In this document: positions 28,688-38,902 of the stretch, piece by piece
Numbering within the stretch: the stretch's first letter is position 1
Layout of the letters: each line of letters opens with the position of its first letter
Assembly: GCA_963717935.1 (NCBI GenBank)
Contig: CAVQXP010000002.1
Span: 96,001 to 160,000, forward strand
Reading direction: 5' to 3'
DNA length: 64,000 bases
Source: Candidatus Eiseniibacteriota bacterium
Lineage (GTDB): Bacteria; Eisenbacteria; RBG-16-71-46
Program-made: the position numbers and the translations under genes
Notes under the pieces: model-generated
What the model saw: only the letters and a program-made list of their open reading frames with translations
Told to the model about the DNA's origin: nothing
Databases searched by the model: none

Positions 28688-29697
28688 GCGATCGGTCACC
28701 CGCGCGTCCGCGCTGCCGCAGTCGGCGCGGGCGTGCCCACTGGCGCGAGTGGTTCCCCTGGTTTGCGGTGGCGGGGTTGTTGCTGCTCGCCCCGGCGCTC
28801 GTCCACGCTCAGGACGCGGCGCAGGACAGCGTGACGCTGCGCTGGACCGCCGTCGGCGATGACAGTCTCTCGGGCACGGCCGCGGCGTACGACCTGCGCA
28901 TGGCGGACTCGCCCATCACGGCGTTGACCTGGGACGCGGCCACGGTGCTGAGCGGGCTGCCCGTCCCGCTCGCGAGCGGGGTCAGGCAGCAGTTCGTCGT
29001 GCGCGGGCTGACCTCGGGCTCCATCTACTACTTCGGCCTGAGGGTGTGCGATGACGCCGGCAACTGGTCGGGCATCTCGAACGTGGTGCGCTGGGACGGC
29101 GTGCTGGACGAGGCGCCGCCCGCGGCCCCGGTCGGGCTCGTCAGCGAGTTGCAGGGGAACGGCATACACCTGACCTGGGCGCCGAGCGGCGCGCCGGACC
29201 TCGCCGGCTACTCGGTCTATCGCGCGACCGCCTCGGGTGGCTCGTACACCAAGCTCAATCTGGACCTGCTCACGGCGGCCGAATACCAGGACGACGCGCT
29301 GCCCCCGGTGGCGACCTCGATCTGGTACCAGGTCACCGCCAGCGACGTGAGCGGCAACGAGAGCGCCCGCAGCGCCAGCGTCCCGGGGGTGTCCATCGCG
29401 GAGTCGCCGGCGCTGGTCTGGCTCATCGCGTCCGCCTACCCGAACCCGAGCCGCGTGAGCGATCCGGTGCGCATCCCCGTGGACCTGGTGGACGCGGGGA
29501 GCGCGCACCTGGACGTCGTGGACGCGGCCGGGCATCTGGTGCGCCGGCTCGATCTGCGGGAACGCGCGCCCGGACACCAGGAGGTCGAATGGGATGGCAG
29601 GAACGACGCGGGGCGCGCGGCTGCGCCGGGGCCGTACCGGGCCTGGCTCGTCGCGGGCGACATGCGGTGCAGCACCCGCCTGGTGAGGGTGCCATGA
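28684..29697 (+). CDS. Secreted FN3-repeat protein with C-terminal FlgD-Ig/T9SS-sorting-like domain
   Basis: Signal peptide (AHA-Q-like), WTAVGDDSLSGTA repeat, second FN3, AYPNP...WDGRNDAGRAAAPGPY...RLVRVP tail. Confidence 0.82.
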   Translation: MSDRSPARPRCRSRRGRAHWREWFPWFAVAGLLLLAPALVHAQDAAQDSVTLRWTAVGDDSLSGTAAAYDLRMADSPITALTWDAATVLSGLPVPLASGVRQQFVVRGLTSGSIYYFGLRVCDDAGNWSGISNVVRWDGVLDEAPPAAPVGLVSELQGNGIHLTWAPSGAPDLAGYSVYRATASGGSYTKLNLDLLTAAEYQDDALPPVATSIWYQVTASDVSGNESARSASVPGVSIAESPALVWLIASAYPNPSRVSDPVRIPVDLVDAGSAHLDVVDAAGHLVRRLDLRERAPGHQEVEWDGRNDAGRAAAPGPYRAWLVAGDMRCSTRLVRVP

Positions 29698-30776
29698 GCC
29701 GGCGTCGTTGGCGGCGCACGGGACGCTCGAAGCAGGGCCGGGCCGCGATCGTGATGGCCGGGACGCTGCTCCTGATGCTGACCGTGTCCGCCCCCGTGCA
29801 GGGAGGGGGCGAGGCGGCCGGAACCACCGCGGCAGGCTTCCTCAGCGTCGGCACGGGCGCCGGAGTGCTGGGCCGGGGCGGTGCCACGCTCGGTCTCGGA
29901 GGCGACCTGGCCATCGTGCCGTGGAACGCGGCTGCGCTGGGCTGGCTCGACGAGACGCAGATCGCGCTCGCGCATGCCACGCTCGCGGACCAGGCGCAGC
30001 AGGAGTGGGCCGCAGTGGGCGGCCGCGCCGGCCACTCGCTGCTGCGCTGGTCGCTCGACGGCCTCTACCAGAGCGAGGGCTCGTTCGAGGGCCGTGACGC
30101 GCTCAACCAGCCCACCGAGAGCTTCGACGTCTCGAGCATGGCGGTGGGGTTCCACCTGGCGTGTCCGTTCGGGCCGTTCGCCACGGTGGGTGTGGGCGGC
30201 AAGTACGTCGGGGAGAACCTCGGCACCGTGAGCGGCACGGGCTACACGATGGACGCGGGGCTCCAGGTGCGCGCCGGGATCCTGGGCGCCGGGGTCGCGG
30301 TCACCAACCTCGGCGGCGGCATGAGCTACGGCGGCGAGCGCTACGACCTGCCCATGAACCTGGGGCTCGGCGCGGCGCTCGACCTGCCGGGCACGGGGCT
30401 GCGGTTCGCGCTCGACGCGAACTTCCCGCGCGCCTACTACGAGGACGTGCGCGTCGGCGCGGAGTGGCGCTGGCGCGACCTCGTGGCGCTGCGCGCGGGC
30501 TACCGGAGCGAACTCGACGCTCCGGCGGATCTGGGCGAGGGCGGGCCGAGCTTCGGCGTCGGCGCCGGGGCGCACGGCATGTGGGTCGACTACGGCTACC
30601 TCGTCCCCGGCGCGGGCGAGGGGCAGCACCGGCTCTCGGTCACCTTGCGGCCAGGCCGGTTCGCCTGGCTCAGCGGCGACCCGTTCGGCCAGAAGAGCAT
30701 GCCGCGGTCCTTCGACGAGAAGACTCCGGCGGGCGTGCCCGCGACGCCGCGGGAGGAAACGGCGCAGCCCAGGTAG
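29694..30776 (+). CDS. PorV/PorQ-like (UPF0164) outer-membrane beta-barrel
   Basis: GTTAAGFLSVGTGA...G, WNAAALG, alternating beta-strands, LRAGY, VDYGY, HRLSV. Confidence 0.75.
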   Translation: MSRRRWRRTGRSKQGRAAIVMAGTLLLMLTVSAPVQGGGEAAGTTAAGFLSVGTGAGVLGRGGATLGLGGDLAIVPWNAAALGWLDETQIALAHATLADQAQQEWAAVGGRAGHSLLRWSLDGLYQSEGSFEGRDALNQPTESFDVSSMAVGFHLACPFGPFATVGVGGKYVGENLGTVSGTGYTMDAGLQVRAGILGAGVAVTNLGGGMSYGGERYDLPMNLGLGAALDLPGTGLRFALDANFPRAYYEDVRVGAEWRWRDLVALRAGYRSELDAPADLGEGGPSFGVGAGAHGMWVDYGYLVPGAGEGQHRLSVTLRPGRFAWLSGDPFGQKSMPRSFDEKTPAGVPATPREETAQPR

Positions 30777-30805
30777 CCGGCCCTTCTCCCGGGGGCCGAA
30801 GCACG

Positions 30806-30831
30806 CGGGCCCGGACGCAAGTCCGGGCCCG
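30806..30831. terminator. Hairpin with GCAA tetraloop between convergent genes
   Basis: CGGGCCCGGAC-GCAA-GTCCGGGCCCG perfect 11-bp stem. Confidence 0.65.
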
Positions 30832-30857
30832 TGGCGTTTCGTGGGCGCTCCGCGGAG

Positions 30858-33001
<2,144 letters not shown>

Positions 33002-33129
33002 GGTCGGGTCTCCGGGGTGGGACAGAGGACGCCGCAGGCTACGCGCCGGATCGGCAGCGAGGCAAGAGCGGCGGGCTGAGCGCGGCATCGGGGAGGGCGG
33101 TCGCGGCGCGCCTTCGCGCGCGCCGATGA

Positions 33130-33165
33130 TTAGGTTTGACGAAATGCCGGATTAGCTTAGGCTAA
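33130..33165 (+). promoter_or_regulatory. DtxR/MntR-type operator overlapping a promoter
   Basis: Near-palindrome TTAGCTTAGGCTAA at 33152-33165; weaker copy TTAGGTTTGACGAA at 33130-33143; TTGACG at 33136 and TAGGCT at 33158. Confidence 0.75.
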
Positions 33166-33172
33166 GGCCGCG

Positions 33173-33853
33173 ATGCCTCCGCTCACCAGTTCGAAGCAGG
33201 ATTACCTGAAGGCGCTCTGGGCGCTGGCGCCCGGCGGTGAGCCCGTGCCCACCTCGCGGCTCGCCGCGCAGCTCGGCGTGTCCGCGCCCTCGGTCACGAA
33301 CATGCTCGGACGGCTCGCCGCCGAGGACCTGGTCGCACACGCGCCGCGCGCGGGAGCGCGCCTGACTCCGCGCGGGCGCCGCGCGGCGCTCGGCATGGTG
33401 CGGCGGCACCGCATCCTCGAGACCTTCCTGGTGAAGGTCCTGGGCCTCGACTGGGCCGCGGTCCACGATGACGCCGAGGTGCTCGAGCATCATGTAAGCG
33501 ACCGGGTGCTCGAGGCCCTGGACCGCGTGATGGGACACCCGGCCGAGGATCCGCACGGCTCGCCCATCCCCGACGCGAACGGCCGCCTCGCGCGGCGCAT
33601 CCTGGCGCCGCTGGCGAGCCTGCCGGGTGGGGCGCGCGCCCGGGTGCGCGAGGTGCGCGAGACGGACGGCCGGCGGCTGGCGCGCTGGAAGGAGCTGGGG
33701 CTCGTGCCCGGGGCGCGCGTTCGGGTGTGCGAGGTGCGTGAGGCCGACGGCGTCATCGAGCTGGAGGTCGGAGGCCGCCGCGTCGTGACCGCGGGCGCCA
33801 CGCTCGAGGGCGTGCTGGTCGAGACCGCGCGGGGGGGGACGCATGGGGCCTGA
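33173..33853 (+). CDS. mntR: DtxR/MntR-family metal-dependent repressor with FeoA domain
   Basis: QDYLKAL, VSAPSVT, RRHRILETFL, AEVLEH, DPHGSPIP. Confidence 0.9.
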   Translation: MPPLTSSKQDYLKALWALAPGGEPVPTSRLAAQLGVSAPSVTNMLGRLAAEDLVAHAPRAGARLTPRGRRAALGMVRRHRILETFLVKVLGLDWAAVHDDAEVLEHHVSDRVLEALDRVMGHPAEDPHGSPIPDANGRLARRILAPLASLPGGARARVREVRETDGRRLARWKELGLVPGARVRVCEVREADGVIELEVGGRRVVTAGATLEGVLVETARGGTHGA

Positions 33854-35852
33854 GCGGGGCGGCTCCTCGCTGCCCGAGATGCACGGCACGGTGCCCGTGC
33901 CGTCGGGCGGCCGCTGGCTGCGGCGGATGCTGGCCTTCTCGGGGCCGGCCTATCTGGTGAGCGTGGGCTACATGGACCCGGGCAACTGGGCCACCGACCT
34001 GGCCGGCGGCGCTCGCTTCGGCTACCAGCTCATCTGGGTGCTGCTCGCGAGCAACCTGATGGCCGTGCTCCTGCAGACGCTGTCGGCGCGGCTCGGCGTG
34101 GTGACCGGCAAGGACCTCGCGCAGGAATGCCGCGACTCCTACCCGCGCGCGGTCGCCATCCCGCTCTGGATCGGCGCGGAGGTCGCCATCGTGGCCTGCG
34201 ACCTCGCGGAGGTGCTGGGGGCCGCGATCGGGCTCAAGCTGCTCTTCGGCCTGCCGCTCCTCTGGGGCGTCGTCGTCACCGCGCTCGACGTGCTGCTGCT
34301 GCTCGGGCTCTCGCGCCTGGGCATGCGGCGGCTCGAGGCCGTGATCCTCGTGCTCATCGCCACCATGGGCGGCTGCTTCGCCTTCGAACTCGCGCTCTCG
34401 AAGCCGGTGCTCGGCGAGGTCCTGCGCGGCTTCCTGCCGCGTGGCGAGGATGGCCGGCCCAGCCTCTTCGCGCCGGCGCCCGGCGGCGGCTGGTCGGTGC
34501 TGGGGCTCCACGGCGGCTCGCTCTACATCGCGATCGGGATGCTCGGGGCGACCGTGATGCCGCACAACCTCTACCTGCACAGCGCGCTGGTGCAGAGCCG
34601 CTCGGTCGCGCAGTCGAACCGGGGCAAGCGCGAGGCGGCGCGCATGAACCTGGTGGACTCGGTGGTGGCGCTCAACGCGGCCTTCTTCGTGAACGCCGCG
34701 ATCCTGGTGCTGGCGGCCGCGACGTTCCACGGCAGCGGCCACCAGGACGTGGCACGCCTCGAGGACGCCCATCGCCTGCTCGCGCCGCTGCTCGGCTCCG
34801 GCGCGGCCTCGGTCGTCTTCGCGATCGCGCTGCTCTCCTCGGGCCAGTCCAGCACCATCACCGGGACGCTCGCCGGCCAGGTCGTGATGGAGGGTTTCCT
34901 GCGGCTGCGCATCCAGCCCTGGCTGCGCCGCGTCATCAGCCGCGGACTCGCCATCATCCCCGCGGGACTGGTGATCGGCCTGCACGGCCCGGACGCCGTG
35001 GACGCGCTGCTCGTGCTCTCCCAGGTGGTGTTGAGTCTGCAGCTCTCCTTCGCCGTGATCCCGCTGGTGACCTTCACGGGCGACCGGCGCCGGATGGGCG
35101 ATTTCGTGAATCCGCCCTGGCTCTCGGGGCTGGCCTGGTTCGTCGCCCTCTTCATCGCGGCGCTGAACGGCAAGCTGGTGCTGGACTTCGGCGGGCAGTG
35201 GCTCGCCACCGCGGGGCCCGGCGCCTGGTGGCTCCGCTTCCTCGTGCTGCCCGGGCTCCTCGGCGCCGTCGTCCTGCTCGTCGTCGTCGCGCTCATGCCG
35301 CTCCTGCGGCGCCTGGTTCCGGCGATCGCGCACCTGCCGGTGCGTGTGGGGCCCGCCATGCCCACGTTGCCCATGCTGGCCGAGCGCTCCACCGGCGTGC
35401 GTGTCCTTTCGGCGGTGGGCCCGCGGCGCGTGGCCCTGGCGCTGGAACTGGGCAGTGCCGACGCCGAGGTGCTCGAGCAGGTGCACGGGATGGCGCTGCC
35501 GGCCGACGTCCGCGTCATGCTCATGCACGTGGCCGAGAGCGCGGCGAGCCGCTATCTCGGCCAGGAGGCCCTGGACGAGGAGAGCCGCACCGATCTCGCC
35601 ACCCTCGAGCGGTTGGCCGCCGAGTTGCGCGCGTTCGGGATCGAGACCGGGGTCACGCTGGGCAACGGCGACGTGAAGACCGAACTGGCGCGCCTGGTGA
35701 AGGCATGGGACGCCGACCTGCTCATCACCGGCTCGCACGGTCACCGGCTGCTGGGCGATCTGTTCCTGGGCTCGACCGCCTCGGGGCTGCGGCACCGCGT
35801 CTCCTGCCCGGTGCTGACCATCCGCTCGCGCCGGCCGCAGCCTTCGCGGTGA
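33843..35852 (+). CDS. mntH: Nramp Mn2+/Fe2+ transporter with C-terminal universal stress protein domain
   Basis: YMDPGNW, GATVMPHNLYLHS, QSSTITGT; C-terminal GSHGHR..DLFLGST USP motif. Confidence 0.93.
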   Translation: MGPERGGSSLPEMHGTVPVPSGGRWLRRMLAFSGPAYLVSVGYMDPGNWATDLAGGARFGYQLIWVLLASNLMAVLLQTLSARLGVVTGKDLAQECRDSYPRAVAIPLWIGAEVAIVACDLAEVLGAAIGLKLLFGLPLLWGVVVTALDVLLLLGLSRLGMRRLEAVILVLIATMGGCFAFELALSKPVLGEVLRGFLPRGEDGRPSLFAPAPGGGWSVLGLHGGSLYIAIGMLGATVMPHNLYLHSALVQSRSVAQSNRGKREAARMNLVDSVVALNAAFFVNAAILVLAAATFHGSGHQDVARLEDAHRLLAPLLGSGAASVVFAIALLSSGQSSTITGTLAGQVVMEGFLRLRIQPWLRRVISRGLAIIPAGLVIGLHGPDAVDALLVLSQVVLSLQLSFAVIPLVTFTGDRRRMGDFVNPPWLSGLAWFVALFIAALNGKLVLDFGGQWLATAGPGAWWLRFLVLPGLLGAVVLLVVVALMPLLRRLVPAIAHLPVRVGPAMPTLPMLAERSTGVRVLSAVGPRRVALALELGSADAEVLEQVHGMALPADVRVMLMHVAESAASRYLGQEALDEESRTDLATLERLAAELRAFGIETGVTLGNGDVKTELARLVKAWDADLLITGSHGHRLLGDLFLGSTASGLRHRVSCPVLTIRSRRPQPSR

Positions 35853-35915
35853 CCGGGGCGAGCGGAGGAGACCGGCGTTTGGCGCGCGCCCCGGGCGCGA
35901 CGTAGACTGCGCGCC

Positions 35916-36404
35916 GTGAGCGAGAGGATCTACTTTGGTTGCCTGGGGGGGACGGTGTCCGACGTGCTCGACGCCGGGCTCGAGATACTGCCCGCCTTCG
36001 AGCTGGCGGCCGTCCCGGTGCTCGACGGCACCGACCGGCCGGGCGAGTGGCCCGCCGTGCGGCGGCGCCTGCGCGCCGAGGGGATCCGCTGCACGCAGAA
36101 CCGCGGCGTGCTGCTGCTTCCGCCCGGCGAGTTGGACCAGTGTGCCTCGGTCGGCCTGTTCCGTGGATTCGACGAGGTCTACCTCTGCACCGAGTGGAAC
36201 GAGGAGTTCGAGACCTTCCCCGTGCGCATCACCTCGGACCTCTCCGACTTCAGCGAGAGCACACCGCTCGGGCTCGAGGACTGGATGCTCGAGGCGGGCT
36301 GCCTGCTCGCGCTGGGGGACGGCGCCGGCCTGAACTTCGCGACCCCCGACCCCGAGATCGCCGAGCGCCTGCGCGCCCGCTTCAAGCCCGCGCGCGGACG
36401 ATGA
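35916..36404 (+). CDS. Hypothetical acidic protein
   Basis: Coding-like composition; TAGACT 7 nt before GTG; stop overlaps the next ATG. Confidence 0.65.
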   Translation: MSERIYFGCLGGTVSDVLDAGLEILPAFELAAVPVLDGTDRPGEWPAVRRRLRAEGIRCTQNRGVLLLPPGELDQCASVGLFRGFDEVYLCTEWNEEFETFPVRITSDLSDFSESTPLGLEDWMLEAGCLLALGDGAGLNFATPDPEIAERLRARFKPARGR

Positions 36405-37057
36405 GCTGCGAGGGCGCGTCGCGGCTGGTGGCGCTCGAGCTCGCCGGGCCCGCCGGACCGCTCGAGGCGCTGCTGCAGGAGTGCGACAGCGGGCCACCCG
36501 CCTTCGCGGCGCTGGTCTGCCATCCGCACCCGCTCTACGGGGGCACCCTGCACAACAAGGTCGTGCACCGCGTCGCCTCCACGCTGCACGACCTGGGCGG
36601 CGCCACGCTGCGCTTCAATTTCCGCGGGGTAGGCGGGAGCGCGGGCCGCTTCGACCACGGCACCGGCGAGTTGGAGGACGCCCGCGCGGCGCTCGTCTGG
36701 CTGCGCGCGCACCTGCCCGGCACGGCGCTCCTGGTCGCCGGATTCTCCTTCGGTGCCTGGGTGGCCGCGCGCCTGGCGGCTTCGGAGCCCACGGTGGGGC
36801 GGCTCGTGCTGGTCGGACCGCCCGTGGCGGACGCGGACTTCGCGGCGCTGCGGACCGCGCCGGTCCCCAAGCTCGTCATCCAGGGGACGGCCGACGAAAC
36901 GTGCCCCCTGTCTGCGCTGGAGCCCGAGTTCGCGACCTGGGCCACGCCCCGTCGCCTGGAAACGGTCGAAGGCGCGACCCATTTCTTCGATCGGCGGCTG
37001 GGCGAGCTGGCGAAGGCACTGCGCGAGGGCCTGCGGGGTCCGGGCCCCGTGCTATAG
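36401..37057 (+). CDS. Alpha/beta hydrolase
   Basis: HPHPLYGG, RFNFRGVG, GFSFG, GTADE, HFF. Confidence 0.9.
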   Translation: MSCEGASRLVALELAGPAGPLEALLQECDSGPPAFAALVCHPHPLYGGTLHNKVVHRVASTLHDLGGATLRFNFRGVGGSAGRFDHGTGELEDARAALVWLRAHLPGTALLVAGFSFGAWVAARLAASEPTVGRLVLVGPPVADADFAALRTAPVPKLVIQGTADETCPLSALEPEFATWATPRRLETVEGATHFFDRRLGELAKALREGLRGPGPVL

Positions 37058-37079
37058 TCCGAGTTCCTTCCATGAACCG

Positions 37080-38159
37080 GTGCCGCGCGTGAGATTCGAC
37101 TGGGGCCGCCTCAAGGCGGTCGTCCTCGAGAGCGACGACTGGGGGCTCTGCGCCTGGTCGGCGGACGACGAGGCGCACCGGGCATTGGCCTCGACCCCCG
37201 TCTTCACGCGCCCGGCCGGATGTGTTTACGGCCGTTCCACGCTCGAGAGCGCCGCCGACGTGCGCGCGTTGCGCGAGACGCTGCTGGAGTTCCGCGGCGC
37301 GGACGGCTCCCCGCCCGTGTGGCAGGCCAACACCGTGATGGCCTCCCCTGACTTCGAGCGGCTGGCCCGCGAGGGCTTCGAGGTCGACGAGCCGCCGCTC
37401 GTGATCTTCCCCGAGACCCCCTCGCGCTGGCGGCGGCCGGGCCTGTGGGACGAGGTGCGGGAGAGCATCGCGGCCGGCGTCTGGTGGCCGGAGCTCCACG
37501 GCCTGCACCACCTGCCCGGACGGGCCTGGCTCGAAGCCCTGCGGCGCGGCGCCGCCGACGCACGGCTGGCCTTCGCCCAGCAGTGTCCGGTGTGCGAGGC
37601 CGTCGAGGCGAGCGGCGAATACGACGCGTCCGAGCCCGTGGCGTCCCGGGAGCGCTCTCTCGAACAGGCGTTCGCGCTCTTCACGCGACTCTTCGGCCGC
37701 CCGCCCGGATCCCTCTGTCCGCCCGACTACCGCTGGGACTCGGTGCTCGAGGCCCAGGCGTCCCGGCTGGGCGTGGCCGTCCTGCAGGGCGCTGCCGAGC
37801 GCGCCGGCGGCTGGCCGCGCGCCCGGCGGCTGCTGCACCGCTGGCGCTGGCCGGAGCAGCGTGGCGGGCTTCTCCGCATGCCGCCGCGCATCGCCTTCGA
37901 GCCGCGCGGCGACGCCGCACCCGGCTCGCGCCTGGGCGCCGGGCGGACGCGCGCGGCGGTGCATGCCGCCTGGGGCCGCGGTCAGCCCGCGGTCGTGAGC
38001 ACCCACCGCCACAACTACGCGCACCTGGACCCGGCCTGGTCCGAGGCGGGCCGCGCGGCGCTCCGCGACTTGCTGCGCGGGCTGTGCGAGGATGGAGCCG
38101 TGTTCCTGACCGATGCGAAGGTGCGCGATCTGGTCACCGGTGGGCGGAGGCCCGGGTGA
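37080..38159 (+). CDS. Polysaccharide deacetylase-like protein (start uncertain)
   Basis: ESDDWG, ELHGLHH, PPDYRW, STHRHNY: NodB-like metal motifs. Confidence 0.6.
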   Translation: MPRVRFDWGRLKAVVLESDDWGLCAWSADDEAHRALASTPVFTRPAGCVYGRSTLESAADVRALRETLLEFRGADGSPPVWQANTVMASPDFERLAREGFEVDEPPLVIFPETPSRWRRPGLWDEVRESIAAGVWWPELHGLHHLPGRAWLEALRRGAADARLAFAQQCPVCEAVEASGEYDASEPVASRERSLEQAFALFTRLFGRPPGSLCPPDYRWDSVLEAQASRLGVAVLQGAAERAGGWPRARRLLHRWRWPEQRGGLLRMPPRIAFEPRGDAAPGSRLGAGRTRAAVHAAWGRGQPAVVSTHRHNYAHLDPAWSEAGRAALRDLLRGLCEDGAVFLTDAKVRDLVTGGRRPG

Positions 38160-38869
38160 GCCCCGGTGCGGGCTTCGAGGGCCAGCTGCCCTGCGGCCAC
38201 TGGTCGGTGTGGCGCTACAACTGGCTCCCCAACCACAAGCTCGTGCGCGGGCTCGAGCGCGCGCGCCGCCACGCGCACGGCACGCTGCTCGACGTGGGCT
38301 GCGGCTCGCGGCCCTTCGCGCCACTCTTCCGCGGCTTCGCGACGCGCTACCTCGGGCTGGACCTGCCCGGCTCTCCGGAGTACAGCCGCGGCGGGCCCGA
38401 CGTCTACGGCGACGCCGGCAGGCTGCCCATCCGCAGCGGCAGCGTGGACACCGTGCTGAGCCTGTCGGTGTTCGACCTCGTGCACGAGCCTGCCCGGGTG
38501 CTCGCCGAGATGCGGCGCGTCCTGGCTCCGGACGGCGTGCTCATCGTGGAGTTCGTGCAGACCGTGCCGGTCTACCGGTCCTCGCCGGACCTGTGGCGCT
38601 TCACGCGCCTGGGCGTCGAGCGGCTGCTGAGTGACGCTGGCCTCGATGCGGTCGAGATCATCGCGCTCGGGAGTCTGCCCGGCTACGTCGGCTCCGCCAC
38701 CATCGGCTGGCTCAACCGCCTCAACCGGGGCCCCTGGCGCTTCCTCACCGAGCTCCCCGTGCGCCTGCTCTACGTGCTCATCCAGTCCGCCGCCGAGTTG
38801 CTGGACCGGCTCTGGGTGGGCTCGAACGAGGTCATGGCGTTCGTGGTCGTGGCGCGCCTCGGTCCTTGA
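38156..38869 (+). CDS. Class I SAM-dependent methyltransferase
   Basis: LLDVGCG, GDAGRLP, SVDTVL, EMRRVLAPDG. Confidence 0.88.
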   Translation: MSPGAGFEGQLPCGHWSVWRYNWLPNHKLVRGLERARRHAHGTLLDVGCGSRPFAPLFRGFATRYLGLDLPGSPEYSRGGPDVYGDAGRLPIRSGSVDTVLSLSVFDLVHEPARVLAEMRRVLAPDGVLIVEFVQTVPVYRSSPDLWRFTRLGVERLLSDAGLDAVEIIALGSLPGYVGSATIGWLNRLNRGPWRFLTELPVRLLYVLIQSAAELLDRLWVGSNEVMAFVVVARLGP

Positions 38870-38895
38870 CCCTGTTCCAAAGCCGATGCTAGGGT
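38866..38895 (+). promoter_or_regulatory. Candidate promoter for a leaderless acyl-CoA ligase transcript
   Basis: TTGACC-N18-TAGGGT with extended TGn, 7 nt before GTG 38903. Confidence 0.55.
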
Positions 38896-38902
38896 CCGAG
38901 TC

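Noticed and set aside
33753..36497. Long antisense ORFs (also 41787..44264, 44261..46942, 58351..61197, 24236..26065)
   Set aside because: Shadow ORFs expected at this GC content opposite well-supported genes; no motifs
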